From the NCBI RefSeq assembly GCF_009914755.1, contig NC_060931.1: DNA of 64,000 nucleotides; one strand, 5' to 3'. Position 1 is the first letter of the stretch, and each line of letters opens with the position of its first letter. Made by a program: the position numbers and the translations under genes. The stretch comes from the human T2T-CHM13v2.0 reference genome, Homo sapiens. The notes beneath the pieces were generated by a model. The model was not told the DNA's origin. It did not search any database and worked only from the letters and a program-made list of their open reading frames with translations. Below, piece after piece: positions 1 through 16,744 of the stretch.

Positions 1-2821
1 AAAAGTTTCTGTTACTATTATATATCATCGATAATTTCTTATAGTAAAATATAGCTTTTCCCTTAAAACATATCCTTTTTACTGATCAGAAATTCACCGG
101 GAACTCCCTCTTCAGTGCAGGGGGATCCTATGGTAGGAGGATTACAAGTGTGCACTGTCATTCCTAAGAAAGAATATGGAGCAATAAAGGAAATTGCTAA
201 AGTCTGGAAAGCATTCTTGGCTTTCTGCTTTGAAATGAAGCTGACTTGGAAAATCAGAGAATTTGAATAAAGTTATCTTAGATTTCAATGAAAGAAAAAT
301 GCTTCATGGAGTAGCTCTTTGTATTACTGCACCTCTAGAGGCCCCAGAAGACAACTAAAAACCAGGCAATATGCTTTATTTTGAAATTCAGCTGTGTGGG
401 CTGAGATGTCACCTTAGCATGAGGGTCAAAGGAGTACAGGGAGAGAGGGTAGCCAGAGCCTCAGTCACAAATTGTAACTCACACTTAAACTCATTTGAAA
501 TGCAATAAACAAACTAAACAGAATAAGCACACAACTACTTGGGCACTCGAATTGAGTTTTTTAAGAAATTTTAACTGTTATTATCTAAATGCTATTAGAT
601 AAGGAATATTTCTTTCACAAATACAGCTGAACACATTGATGTTTAAGAGTTTTAGTGCAAATTCCAAGAACTAAAAGAAAATAGAGGAAGACAAATTAGA
701 AATGAGAAGCTAACTTAATGCCAACAAATTAACCTTTCAGAAAGTTAGAAAGAAAGAACAAAAGAGTCAGGCTATTTTATTATTGTTTTGTTTATACTTC
801 ATAAGCAAAGGTATTCGTGGGAGATTTTTTAATAAATGTTTTCCTTGTCTTTTTTTTTAAGTGGTTAAAGAAGAAAAGTTAACTAGGAGAAGATAGGAAT
901 GACAGCAGTTATTTGCAAATTTTTCCACAAGGAAAATCCTATCAAAATCCTTCTTTGATATTATTTGTCCTTATAATTTGTTCCCACAATTGCCAAAAAA
1001 AAAGATTACAGTCAGGTTGCATGATTATCTAAAGCCCAACATGATGTTCTATGTTTTTATCACAATTCAAGATTACTGCATTTTTCCTACCATAATATTA
1101 ATTAATGGTCAATATAAAAATATGGACTATATTGAACCCCAGGCAAAAGGAAAAAATACACCCACAAAACTGTAAGACTATGACACTAGTAAATCATTAT
1201 TCAGCATTTTAGTATAGTTCCTTCTCATATTTTTCCAAGCCATGTTTTTGCTTGCTTATTTGATTCTATATACATGCTTAACCATCTTATTCATTTATTT
1301 ATTTAACAGCATAATCTTTTTCCATGTTACCATAAACTCTTCACAGGCTTCACTTTAGGTATGGTATTCCATCAAGTGTACATTCCACAATTTATATTTT
1401 GACTTAGTGCTGGATAGTTGCTTTCAATTTTTGTACCATTACAAATAATTCTGTTAGGAACTTATTAAACATAAGCCTTTCCAATATTTCAAATTCTTTT
1501 CCTAAAATACGTTCCTCACAACTGAATTACTATATATCAAAAACAATAATCAAAATTAAAAGCCAATATGGTATCTGGGATTTGGTACAAAATAATACAG
1601 ATTGGGGAAGCAGATGGGAGTTCCAAGTGAAGCACATTTAATTTTTTTCAAAATAAAACATTCAAACAAAAAATTAAAAGCAAAAAAAATCATCCTGAAA
1701 TACACACACACATACACGCACACGCACAGGAACACACATTCTAGCAAAGATGAAAGTATTTTTATGGCTCTTGCTACACATTGCCAAGTTGCTTCCCTAA
1801 AGAGTTGTAATCATTTTTATTCCCAATATATAGCTTAAGGTTTATAGTGAAGGCTTTTTTAACTCCTCTTTTCTTTGAAGTCTTTGTTTGTACATTGACT
1901 TTGGCATGTCTCTGCAACCTACTGCAAATTTTTCCTATTGAGATATGTTCCTGAGTTTTCACTTTATTCTGGAGACTGGAAATCGCTCTTATGATGCTCT
2001 TTGCTCATCATGCAAACTTGATTCCATGTAGAATAATAGTTGGATAACAGTACAATGATTTACCTACAGGAATGTTTTTCATATTGTTTACAAGGCAAAA
2101 ATACATTTAACATAATGTTTAGTAAAAACTGGAAACAACTGTTTCTGTATCACTTGCAACGTCACAGCATTCCTTCAAAATGTATTTACTGTCATGGAAA
2201 AAAATAATTTGCCACTATAATGTTGAGTTTTTAAAAGTAGGCTATAAGATTGTTTGTATGAACAATTCCATTTTATATAGATCATACACACACACGTGCA
2301 CAAACACAGAGATAAAAAAAACCTGGATGTGTATGTACTATAGTATCTTCTTGGGGAGTTGATAAGTGATTTTTACAAACATCTTTATACTTATTTATAT
2401 ATTTTTATTTTAATAATAAATATTCTAAATGTATAATTTTTAAATCATCAACCAAAGTAAGACTCAAAGTATAACCAGTAATTGTTTGAGCAACTTATTA
2501 TGTACACATGTCAATTTCCAGCTTGCTTACATAAATAGTCTCCCAATTGGATACATCTTAGTGAATTTATAATCATTAAACAAAGTAATGAATAACATGA
2601 TCATCACCTGAATAAGATTATTTTTCTTCTAAATTTTCAAAACACAGCTTTGTGCCCAATGGTTTTCCAAAACTGCCTCATATTAACAAGAAAATTTTGG
2701 TTCAAAGTAGAGATTAGGAAATTAATGAACCAATGAAACACAGTTAATTACATCCAGAAATTAATGATCAGGATATTAAAACTTGGAAAATATAGAAATA
2801 ATGGTTTTCCTTTATTAAAAA

Positions 2822-2958
2822 TTTTTTTTGAATTATTGTGAATACATAATAGTTGTATTTATGAGGTACGGGTGACAATACAAGCATACAATGTGCAATC
2901 ATCAAATCAGGGTAACTGGGATATCCATCATCTCAAACATTTATCATTTCTTTGTGTG
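2822..2958 (-). mobile_element. L1MA-type 3' end fragment
   Basis: tacataatagttgtatttatgaggtac...atcaaatcagggtaactgggatatccatcatctcaaacatttatcatttctttgtg resembles the antisense L1MA 3' terminus. Confidence 0.7.
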
Positions 2959-3239
2959 ATAGAGCTTTTCTTAACTAGAAGTTCAACGATAAAATGTGCT
3001 TACAGACCTAACTAAAACCCTATCATGTCCACCTCTAAGAATTCTAATACAGTTCGTCTATAGGGCCCTAGCTCTGCCCCTGCCATTAAGTTTGTGTGAC
3101 CGATGGCAAGGTCTGCATCTCCAAAATCAGTATTTTACATCAGTTGATTTCTAAGGTCTTCGTGGCTCTGTGGCTATATATACACTTAAAAAGAAACTGA
3201 AAACAAATCTGATCAATAAAGAACTTTTTCATGACATAT

Positions 3240-3644
3240 GGTATGTTATTCTGCAGGGTTGCCATAACATAATACCAAACACGAGGTGGCTTACAACAAC
3301 ATAAAGGTATTCTCACAGTTCCGGAGGCCAGAAATCTGAAATTGAGGTGCCAGGAAGGCTATGTCCCTCTGAAGGCAGTAAGGAAGGATCTGTTCCATGC
3401 CTTTCTCCTAGTTTCTGGCAGCCTCAGGTGTTCCTTGACTTGCACATGGCCATCTTCTGCCTATATCTCTTCACATCATCTTCCGTGTGTGTGTGTGTGT
3501 GTGTGTCCCAATTTCCCCTGTTTATAAAGATACCATTCATATTGGATTAGGACCCATACAAATGACACCTCATTTTAACTTGATTACTTCTGTAAAGACC
3601 CAGATCTTCAACTTTTCTGGGGGGGATCCAACTCAACCCATAAC
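3240..3644 (-). mobile_element. MLT1 (ERVL-MaLR) solo LTR containing a (GT)n tract
   Basis: gggttgccataacataatacc...ggtggcttacaacaac...tctcacagttccggaggccagaa...tcaacccataaca hallmark MLT1 text. Confidence 0.8.
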
Positions 3645-3649
3645 ATGTG

Positions 3650-4156
3650 ACATGCTGGTTAATCTCTGTTGCCCTCTAAATCCATTCCCTGCTCCTTTCT
3701 GCTCCACATCCCAGAGGCTAACCTCTGTGAACTGCATCATCCATGCTTCTTTAATTTCTAGCTTCAAGTTGGCAAATGGGAGGCACCTGTTCAAGATCAC
3801 AAGACAACAGAAGAGAGAAGGGAGGGTATTTGTTGCCACTCCATACCCCCACCAGGCCACTTTTTTGGTAGCAACTACATTCAGCTATCCACAGTCCTAT
3901 TTCCCTGTCCACTAGCCCCGCTCCCATAATTCTAGCTCTCACCAGAATGGGTAATTCCATTCCCACCTCTTTTTCCTTCTGCCATCAGGCTATGATGACA
4001 TCCCACTGTTGCTAGTCCCTGGGCACTTCACTATTGTTCAATGGTTGCATTCTGCACTACCACCCATCCCTCTATAATGAAGTCCATTCATTAAACTCTC
4101 TTCATTGTCCCCATTGAATGTACCGTCTGTTTCTCACCAAGGCCCTATCTGGTACA
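3650..4156 (+). mobile_element. LTR33-like ERVL LTR
   Basis: ggcaaatgggaggcacc core and attaaactctcttc...gtctgtttc...ggccctatctggtaca end; by-eye match. Confidence 0.55.
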
Positions 4157-4349
4157 CAGGGATAAGTCAATTCTTTAGAGTATTTACATAATTTGTTTAT
4201 CAAAATTCTAAAAAGTAGTTTAGCCTCAGCATGGCTGCCACAAATTGAGATTTGAAATAATTGGTAGTAAAGACATCACTTTCTGTCATATATACATTTG
4301 CTACTGTTTTGCTCCTTTCCTCCTTCACACTTATATCTTAATCTAGAAG

Positions 4350-4960
4350 GATATGGCAGAGGTCAGGAGCATGGATTGTGAAGGCAGACTGCTTCACTTT
4401 GAATCTAGCCTCTACCACGTACTAGATTACATAAGTCCAGTTAATTTACCTCTCTGTACACTAATAAAATGGGCATAAAGGTAATAATATACAAGGCCAG
4501 GATTACAGGTATAGCTTACACCTGTAATCCCAATACTTTGGGAAGCCGAGGTGGGAGAATCGTTTGAAGTCAGGAATTCAAGACCAGCCTGAGAAAAATA
4601 GCAATTACCTTGCCTCTGCAAAATATTTAAAAATGAAAACATTAGCCATGCATGGTAGTGTTGACCTGCAGTCACAGCTACTTGGGAAGCTAAGGCAGGA
4701 GGATTACTTGAGCCCAGGAGCTGAATATTACAGTGAGCTATGACCATGCCACTGCACTCTGCCTGGGCAACACGGCAAAACCATGCCTCATAAGTAAATA
4801 AATAAGTAAAGTTTACAAGTCACAGGACAGCTATGTGAAATATATGCCAAATTACTTACATTAATTTTTTAACTATTAAATCAATTAATCTATATAAAGT
4901 GCTTAGAACAATACCTGGCTTGTAGTAAGTGTTCTATGAGCATTAGCTGCTATTATTATG
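4350..4960 (+). mobile_element. MIR split by an AluJ-like element (Alu about 4495-4810, +)
   Basis: MIR core (gaatctagcctctaccac; aaagtgcttagaacaatacctggc) on both sides of a diverged dimeric Alu. Confidence 0.75.
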
Positions 4961-5013
4961 ATTAATTTTTCCTCTGATGTTTTTCCCTTGACCTACACAT
5001 TAAGTCACTCTAG

Positions 5014-5402
<389 letters not shown>

Positions 5403-5842
5403 AACACAGCCAACTCTTTAAATTTTCCTATGTAAACTACCCATTGTCCAAAAGATCAGTAACACCTGTCACTCCTGCCATAATGGGCTCTCTGACCCCT
5501 ATATGGTGTACATCCTAAGTCCTCAAGTGTTTTATTTGCTTACGACGTATTTTTGATAATTCTGCTCTCAGTCAAGATTCTGATAAATCATCAATCCCCT
5601 ACCTGGGCTATTTCAGCTATATGTCAAACACTACACTCCCACTCACTTCCTGGGGTCTATTCCGGCTTTTAAAAGACAGTTTTCAAACCCCTACTTCAGC
5701 CAAAGAAATGGTCCTTAATAGTGATTTTCCTCCCAAAATATGTGTACTTAGTTTTGTTTAATTGTTTGGGGATGGGGAGGGGTAGTAGTGTTTGAGACCA
5801 GGTGTCACTAAAAAAAAAAAAAAAAAAAAAAAATTAAAAATT

Positions 5843-6659
5843 AAAAGAAGACATTTATGCAGCCAAAAGACACATGAAAAAATGCTCATCATCACTGGCC
5901 ATCAGAGAAATGCAAATCAAAACCACAATGAGATACCATCTCACACCAGTTAAAATGGCAATCATTAAAAAGTCAGGAAACAACAGGTGCTGGAGAGGAT
6001 GTGGAGAAATAGGAACACTTTTACACTGTTGGTGGGACTGTAAACTAGTTCAACCATTGTGGAAGTCAGTGTGGTGATTTCTCAGGGATCTAGAACTAGA
6101 AATACCATTTGACCCAGCAATCCCATTACTGGGTATATACCCAAAGGATTATAAATCATGCTGCTATAAAGACACATGCACACGTATGTTTATTGCGGCA
6201 CTATTCACAATAGCAAAGACTTGGAACCAGGCCAAATGTCCAAGAATGATAGACTGGATTAAGAAAATGTGGCACATATACACCATGGAATACTATGCAG
6301 CCATAAAAATGATGAGGTCATGTCCTTTGTAGGGACATGGATGAAGCTGGAAACCATCATTCTCAGCAAACTATCGCAAGGACAAAAAAACCAAACACCA
6401 CTTGTTCTCACTCACAGATGGGAATTGAACAATGAGAACACATGGACACAGGAAGGGGAACATCACACACTGTGGCCTGTTGTGGGGTGGAGGGAGCGGG
6501 GAGGGATAGCATTAGGAGATACACCTAATGTTAAATGACAAGTTAACGTTAAATGACAAGTTAATGGGTGCAGCACACCAACATGGCACATGTATACATA
6601 TGTAACTAACCTGCACATTGTGCACATGTACCCTAAAACTTAAAGTATAATAAAAAAAA
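5843..6659 (+). mobile_element. 5'-truncated L1PA (end of ORF2 plus 3'UTR)
   Basis: ORF 5874-6077 is the L1 ORF2 C-terminal region; 3'UTR G-tract and taaaacttaaagtataataaaaaaaa terminus. Confidence 0.95.
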
Positions 6660-6990
6660 TTATCAAATTTAGTCGCTTTTTAGGAAAGGGTAAGGAGTTG
6701 GGGAGAGAACATGGGAAAAGAAATCCTCATTGATCTTTGCAAATTATAAACCATCTTTTTAAAGTAAAAATAAACACACACAAAACTTATTTAAAAAATT
6801 CCCTTACTTGGCTTAGCAGAAATATACCTCAGTTACGATAACTATAATGAACAAAAAGTGATTACTGTTACTGTATAAAATGGCCCTGAGATGTAGTTAT
6901 GTACTATATCTGTGTATTTATATAAGTACATTTATCAATACATCAGAAATAACTAGATCTCAAGAAAGGTTCAACTTAGAAATAAGAGTA

Positions 6991-7324
6991 CAGTAGGCCA
7001 TCCATATCTGTGGGTTCCACATCCATGGATTCAGCCAAAAGCAGATCAAACATATTTGGGAAAAAACTGTCTGTACTAAACATGTACAGACATTTTTTCC
7101 CTCTTATTATTCCCTAAAAAATACAGTGTAACAACTATTTACATAGCATTTACATTGTATTAGGTGTCCTAAGTAATCTGGAGATAATTTAAAGTATACA
7201 AAATGATGTCCATAGGTTATATGCAAATACTACACCATTCACATCAGGGACTTGAGCATCTTTGGATTTTGGTACAATTGAGAGGTCCTGGAACCAATTC
7301 CCCATGGATATGAAGGGACAACTG
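6991..7324. mobile_element. MER2 (TcMar-Tigger MITE)
   Basis: Imperfect TIRs cagtaggccatccatatc / gatatgaagggacaactg, flanked by TA on both sides. Confidence 0.85.
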
Positions 7325-7419
7325 TACTAAGTATGAGCTAAGAGTAGTAGCAGGAAAGTTCATAAGTAAAAAACCAGATTGACCAAATAGCAGATTAAAT
7401 CACTGATCAGCAGAAGACC

Positions 7420-7640
7420 CAAGTGGTCAAAAGCACAGCCCCTGAGGCGAGAAGGCCCTGGTGTAAATCCTCACCCCAGCACCTACTGGGTGACCTTGGG
7501 CAAGTCACCCAATCTCTATGTGCCTCAGTTTCCTCACTGTAAAATTACAGTTCTTACCTCACAGTGCTATTGGAAAGATTAAATGAGGTAATATATGTAA
7601 AGTATTTAGAACAATTCCTGACACATAGTAAGCTCTTAAA
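7420..7640 (+). mobile_element. MIR
   Basis: gtgaccttgggcaagtcacccaatctctatgtgcctcagtttcctca core. Confidence 0.85.
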
Positions 7641-8849
7641 AACTTTTAGTTCTAAAATTTCCAATTCTATATACAGTCCAGAAATATATTCAGTTCTGTA
7701 AAGATGGTATTCATTTTAAAGGGAATATTTTGTTGCAGTTTTTGGCTTCTTTTCTCCTACTTATGTGAGTCACACTGCTCATACTCACTTAAGCATAATA
7801 CAAGTCATTTTACAGAATAAATGTTCAAAGATGGCTGGTATGTATATTGAAAACAATATGCCAACTCCTGAGTTCATGTCTAGACTTCCTCGGGATTACA
7901 GAGACGGTAAGGTTAATTACCCTTTTAACTATGATCATTGTTTATTACCTTGCTTTAGTTTTGAGAAAAGGACAAAACATTCTGAGTATATGCAAAAATA
8001 TTCTAGTTGACAATATATTCATTACTGTTTATGACCTCTAGTATTCTTTCAAATTAAGTAATTAAGTATTTAAACAAACACTCCCGAAGTAGAAGCAAAA
8101 ATCACTTTCTCAGACTATTTAGCACTTCTTAAAGGTCTCCAAGAAGTAGTACACTCCAATTAATATTTATCCTCTTCCTCAGAGCATCGATGCTTACACT
8201 GCCTAAGGGAAACCTGTTGTCAGCTAAGGCAAATGAGGTTAATAACAGGATTTGGCTAAGAAGAAAAATATGTTGCACTTTAGAGAACTAACATCTCATC
8301 TCATCTCAAATACGCTAGGAGAATAAAGAGGCCAGGAAACAACCAATTGTAAAAATATTAGTAAATAGGTAACAATTAAAGTCATTCTTTCTCATCCCAA
8401 CTAGATATACTAATGGCCATAATTACTTTTTACTTACATTAGTATTACCTCAGGGGATCTATTGTTTTCTTATAAAAGTCAGCTGAGCTGTACAGCTTAA
8501 CCAAGATAATCTGCTATATTAGTTTCCAAGTATAGAAAGCATATGTGTAAATAAAACATACATCCCTCATTGTTACCTGGATGTTATTAACCCTTGCTTC
8601 CCAACAACTAAAATATCCACACAGGGATTTACTTACAAAAAAAAAGAAATATGCTTATTAACCTAATTATGGGTATCACATAAATACATTGTATTTGCCC
8701 ATTTATTATTATTATAGCAAGGCTGTAGGGGCCATACTATCCATATTGGATGGCTAGTTTCTCCCAGTAGCCATCAAGAAGCCTAAAATTTCATCATTTG
8801 AAATATTTTTAAGTCTTGACTTTTAGAGGAGAGAGAACTATAAAAGAGA

Positions 8850-11210
<2,361 letters not shown>

Positions 11211-11739
11211 AAAGAGAAGAGGGCCAAAAAAGGAACCAGCAAAGCATACAAAGCTAAAACAGAACCAAGAAAAAAGGATGTAATATACAACAAAGGGCCA
11301 GAAAACTTCAAGGAGGAAGAATTCATACTGTCCATTTCTGCTAAGAGATGAAGAAACATTTGTATCGTGGCCATTGGATTTAGCAATGAGAAGATTTGAG
11401 AATTTTTCCAAAGAGTTTTTGTAGAATATTAGAGATAGAAGTCTGATTTTACTAAACTAAGGCAGTAAGTGACTTAAGGAATTGAAGAGGACTCACAGAT
11501 ATTTCTTCCCAGAAATATCTCTTTCCAGATGTTTGGAAATAAACATCAGTACTCTTTCCAGATGCTTGGAAATAAGAGCAAAATGTACTGATTTACCCGC
11601 AAATCTTGACAGATTCTAGGGAATGCAAGTCTCTGTCATTATTGTATAGAAGAGAGGAGAAAACAAAAGGTAATTAAAGCTGACTCTAAAGTCTCTAAAT
11701 TTGATTCATGGGTATAGATATAAAGATTCCATAACTTTA

Positions 11740-12046
11740 GCAGCAAGGTCCAATACAGTAGCCAAAAGCCACATGTGGTTACTGAACACTTGAAATGCAA
11801 CTAGTCCAAACTGAGATGTGCCAAATGAAACCAACACCAGATTTTTAAGACCTTATTTCGAAAAATGTAAAATATCTCATTAATATTTTAATATTAATTA
11901 CATGTGGAAATATTTTAGATCTATTGGGTTAGAAAATATTAAAATTAAAATTACACTTGTTTCTTTTCTCACTTGTTTCAAAGTGTTAGTAGACAATTTA
12001 AAATCACATATATGGCTCACGTTATATTTCTTTTGAACGTCCCTGA
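11740..12046. mobile_element. MER33/MER3-family hAT-Charlie element
   Basis: gtccaatacagtagccaaaagccacatgtggttactgaacacttgaaatg...atatggctcacgttatatttc. Confidence 0.75.
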
Positions 12047-13084
12047 ACATTCAAAATGTTATCCTCTAGAATAAATACTAAACTGGAAGAACAGGATTCA
12101 GAAAGGTTCCATCACAGCCAGCCTATATATATATCATATTAGTGTGAAAGTTAATGAAGGGGACACCCAGGACAACATCATGACTTTAAGAAAATAAAGT
12201 CCTAACTAATTAAGTGGCTTACTCAGGTCACCTAGCTACTGGAAACAAAACCCAGACTAGAACCTAGTCCGTGGGTATTTCCTCTATTATTCCACCTCTT
12301 GAAATGTCAGTGAAAATTTAACTGTTATATACGATCTTATTCTGTACCACATTCAATAAAATGACTTGTAAAAAAATCTTAAAATCATAATCTCCATAAG
12401 AGTATCCTTTGTTCACCAGTCAACTTGTAATTTAACTAATATTGTTAACGTATGTCAACTCACGATTCAGTTTTGTTGTGTTTTACTTTGGGCATGTATA
12501 TATATACTCTGAATTTATTTCAACCAATTCCACATGAATTTTAAAGAGAATATCCTCCTTTCAAGTACACATCTCTTTAAAAAAAAGTTCTAAGAAAACA
12601 TATCTGGAAAAGTTCAGAGAAACTACTCTCAACCATTATTATCTGCCATTTGATAGTGGTAACTTACTAAGGCATCATGTTGCTCATTAATGTAATATTC
12701 ATACAAAATTAAAAGTTATATTCAAAATATAGCTATAGTATATGATGATATACTGTATTTCAAATTCTGGCAAGATTTAAAATCCTGCTTTGCCCAATAA
12801 AATCTTCAAAGACACTCAACCATTATGTTGTAGGTAAACCACAGTTCCAGAATCACCAATAATTGTAACCAACCAAAATATTTAGCTGTAATTTCTTCAA
12901 TATACTCCAACAACTATAAATGTATTTATGCTTTTCATTAAGAAAAGACACAATTATTTAAAAAATTAGTCTTTTCATGCTAACTTTCCATGTGAAATTG
13001 AAAAGTAAACATCACTTGAAACTTTAAAACTTAATTTTATGAGACATCTTAATAAGCTAATAACTGTTGTAGTCATGGTAGTTA

Positions 13085-13306
<222 letters not shown>

Positions 13307-14035
13307 TTATTTGATTAAGCAACATGCTTAATTTTGTACGTATACCCTATATTTATTTTAACAAATAAAACTATTATTGTCATTCCAAAATGACATTATT
13401 AAAAATAATAAAAATAAAGAATATCAGCTCCACTTCTTGAATATTTGCTGTTATTTCAATGTTATCACATAGATAAAAGGATGGTGAAAATCTAGCTAAT
13501 AGAGTTAGCTATGCACAGGGTGACTATGCTTCCAAAGAGGAGCTTTCCATGGCGATCTGCATGTCTTCTTTTCTTTGCCTGGCTGTTTGTGGCCCCTCTT
13601 CACATAACTGGAGTTAGTGTATTCATCTATTCCAAAGTTATTCCATCTGGACTCCTATGTGGCAGCCTCCCCCAAAATACAAAATACAAAAAAATACAAA
13701 AGTACAGAGCCAGATGTCACTAAGACCTGAGCTTTACCACATCCTTAAAAGTTTTCAAGTTTTCCTTGGTTGTATATGTCCCTTTTTGGCTTACTATATA
13801 GCAGATGCTAAGTGTCCCACTGTTGACTGTTCTTAGCAAGGCGTAATCCAGCATGGAGCTACAGAGAATCACTGCTCCTTCAATACTGGCAGACTGAATG
13901 ACATTGTTGGTGTTTATGTCAACCTACTTCATGTTAAGAATAACTGACAGTTGATAGTCATGACATTGCATAAACATCTGTGGTAGATTCAATATCAATA
14001 TTCTAGAGAATATTTGCAATAAGCAGCATTTAACA

Positions 14036-14645
14036 GCATTTGTTCAGCCACTATGGAAAGAAGTTTGGAGATTTCTTAAAGAACTTAAAACAGAACTATC
14101 ATTTGACCCACCAAACCCATTACTGGGCATATATCAAAAGGAAAATAAATCATTCTACCAAAAAGATGCACACACTCATATGTTCATCACAGCACTATGC
14201 ACAATGGCTAAGACATGGAATCAACCTAGGTGCCCATCAACAGTGGACTGAATAAAGAAAGTGTGGTACAAATACACCATGGAGTACTACACAGCCATAA
14301 GAAAGGATGAAACCATGTCCTTTGCAACAACATGAACGCAGATGGAGGCCATTATCCTAAGAATAAATTAATGCAGGAACAGAGAACCAAATATTGCAAG
14401 TACTCACTTAAAAGTGGGAGCTAAACATTGGTCACTCATGAACATAAAGATGGCAATAATAGACACTGGGGACTACTTGAGTGGGGAGGGAAAAAGGGGG
14501 AAAAAGGTTGATAAACTAACTATTGGCTATTATACTCACTACCTGGATGACGGGATCAATCATACCCTAAACCTCAGCATCACACAATATACCCAAGTAA
14601 CAAAGTGCACATGTGCCCCAGAATCTAAAATAAAAGTTGAAATTA
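14036..14645 (+). mobile_element. L1PB/L1MA-type 3' end
   Basis: gttcagccactatggaaag...ccaaacccattactggg...cctaaacctcagcatcacacaatatacccaagtaac...tctaaaataaaagttgaa. Confidence 0.85.
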
Positions 14646-16744
14646 CTTTTTTTAAAGTCCACAATATGATAAAGTGTGCTAAGGAATCATACCTCCTTGA
14701 AAATAACTAAAAACATCACTTCTCCCATTTATAAAGCAAAAGTGAATATTCAAAGATAACTGCAGGAGGTTAAGTTCATTAGCCAATATTCCCCTAGCAC
14801 CTAAGGCAGTTTTCCGCTTTTTTTTTTCAGTATGCTCTTATTACTGCCTAATTATCCATATTGCTTTTCTTCCTTTTTGTTAAACTGAAATTCACCCAAG
14901 CAGTTTAACCTTTCATTTAGAATCATTAAATACACTCCCCTCCCCTCACTGATAATTGGCCTCTTTCTTTATTAACTGATTTCCCCCCTTGATTTATTAC
15001 AAACCTTTTTTGCCAAATTTGGATCCATTCTGTTAATACATTCTTTACCTTCTTGCAACTCAATTAACACAGTGTCATTGTTACCAAAGCTTTCCTATTA
15101 TTTCTTCAAGTTCTTATTGCTCTTTAAAGATCATCTAGTAGAATAATGAATTTTTAATAAACCCGGAATATTTTAATGATTCTTACTTAATTCTATGGTA
15201 AAATTTATGTGAGACATACTATTCTTCACACTGAAATGTTTCCTACTGTACTGTCATAATACTATACGGTAACTTTCTAGCAATCCAAATACACAAATCC
15301 TTGCAATATAACTTATGACTTCTAAAAGTACAGAAAGCCATATTATAATTATCATATCCATAGCTAAATCAAACCAAGCCAGCTTCTTCAACAGCAGTTC
15401 CAACATCCATACAATTTTTAATAAAGTGAAACTTATACTTGTGCCATCAGTAAGTATTAATGTAACCTCTGAGTATGAGTAAACCTGTCACTAGATTATG
15501 CAAAGGAATAACCTTTCATGGGCCCTTGAGGTTTCTCCTTAATGGAAATAAACAATTTTTTTAAAAGGCATTCCTGTTCTCTTCTTGGAAAGAAATACTT
15601 TCCTGAGCTCCAAGGCACTGATAAAATTTGGTGGGTGTCGTTTTAAGGCCTTTCCCTTTCTTATCAGCTACCGACACATTTCCCAGCCTTGCCACCTCTA
15701 CTCACCAAAACAGTGCCTTTTTTTTTTCTAAAAGGAAAAGAAAAATGAAAGGTATCTACTGACCTTGGATCAAATAAGGTTATGTTTAAGTTTAGTTTAG
15801 AGATTTCTTCCACTTTTCCAAGACCTAAAATATGAAGCAGAATATAGACTATGGTATCTTTATTTAGCAAGAACCAGCGGACACTGTGTTTACCAGTGGG
15901 AAACACATCTTAAGTTGACAAGAGATATGGAGATAACCAGAACAAAATTAACCATTAGAATATTAAAAACTCTACTCCCAGAATAAATTACAAGGAACAA
16001 AGAAACAAAGATTTCTACCACTATCTTATTTTGAGTAATTTTAAATAAATAGGAAAGGATTTTGATCTCATCCTTCTGTAAAACGTCTACCTGCCAACAT
16101 TTATGTTTGCAATTTTCAATAATTGCAACTACAGACATAATCTTTATAAGTATATATTCATTTGATGTCTTTCACCAATAAAGACCTGGTGTTCCAAGTC
16201 TCCTATCTGTTCCAGAATTTCTATTTCATGTGCCAATATAGCTCTTCTTTAAAAAATTTCAAGTCAGTTTTGACTCCAACTTTAAAACTATGCAACATAG
16301 TTTTCTGATATCCTGAGGGATTAATTCTTATGTTGAACTTCCTAACAATTCCATTTTGATCCCTAAAGCTATTTTCATGCATTTTTTAAATGAAAGAGAC
16401 CTTAAAGATCAACTAGTCTGTACCTCTTATTCTGCAGATGATGCAATTGATCCAAGGAACAGTTAAAGTAACCTGTGCAGGGTCACTCAGCCAATTAAAA
16501 ATGATGCAACTCAAAGTAGAAACAAGATGTCCCAAAGCCTAGACCCATAGTCTTGCACTGAAGAACTGGCAAATAGAGGCTTTCAGATTTGTTTCACAGA
16601 AAAGAAAATAATACTTTTTAAATTAGTCAATTATGTAAATAAAATCGGTGTTTTCAAACACTTAATAATCTTTTGTAAAAGTACATTTCCTTGTACATAG
16701 TAAACGTGGTTTTAGAACTGTTTGTATTTTTTATTGCTTAAGAT

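Noticed and set aside
11519-11575. CRISPR-like palindromic repeat-spacer-repeat
   Set aside because: Only two units, a 9-bp spacer, no cas genes and a mammalian intron context.
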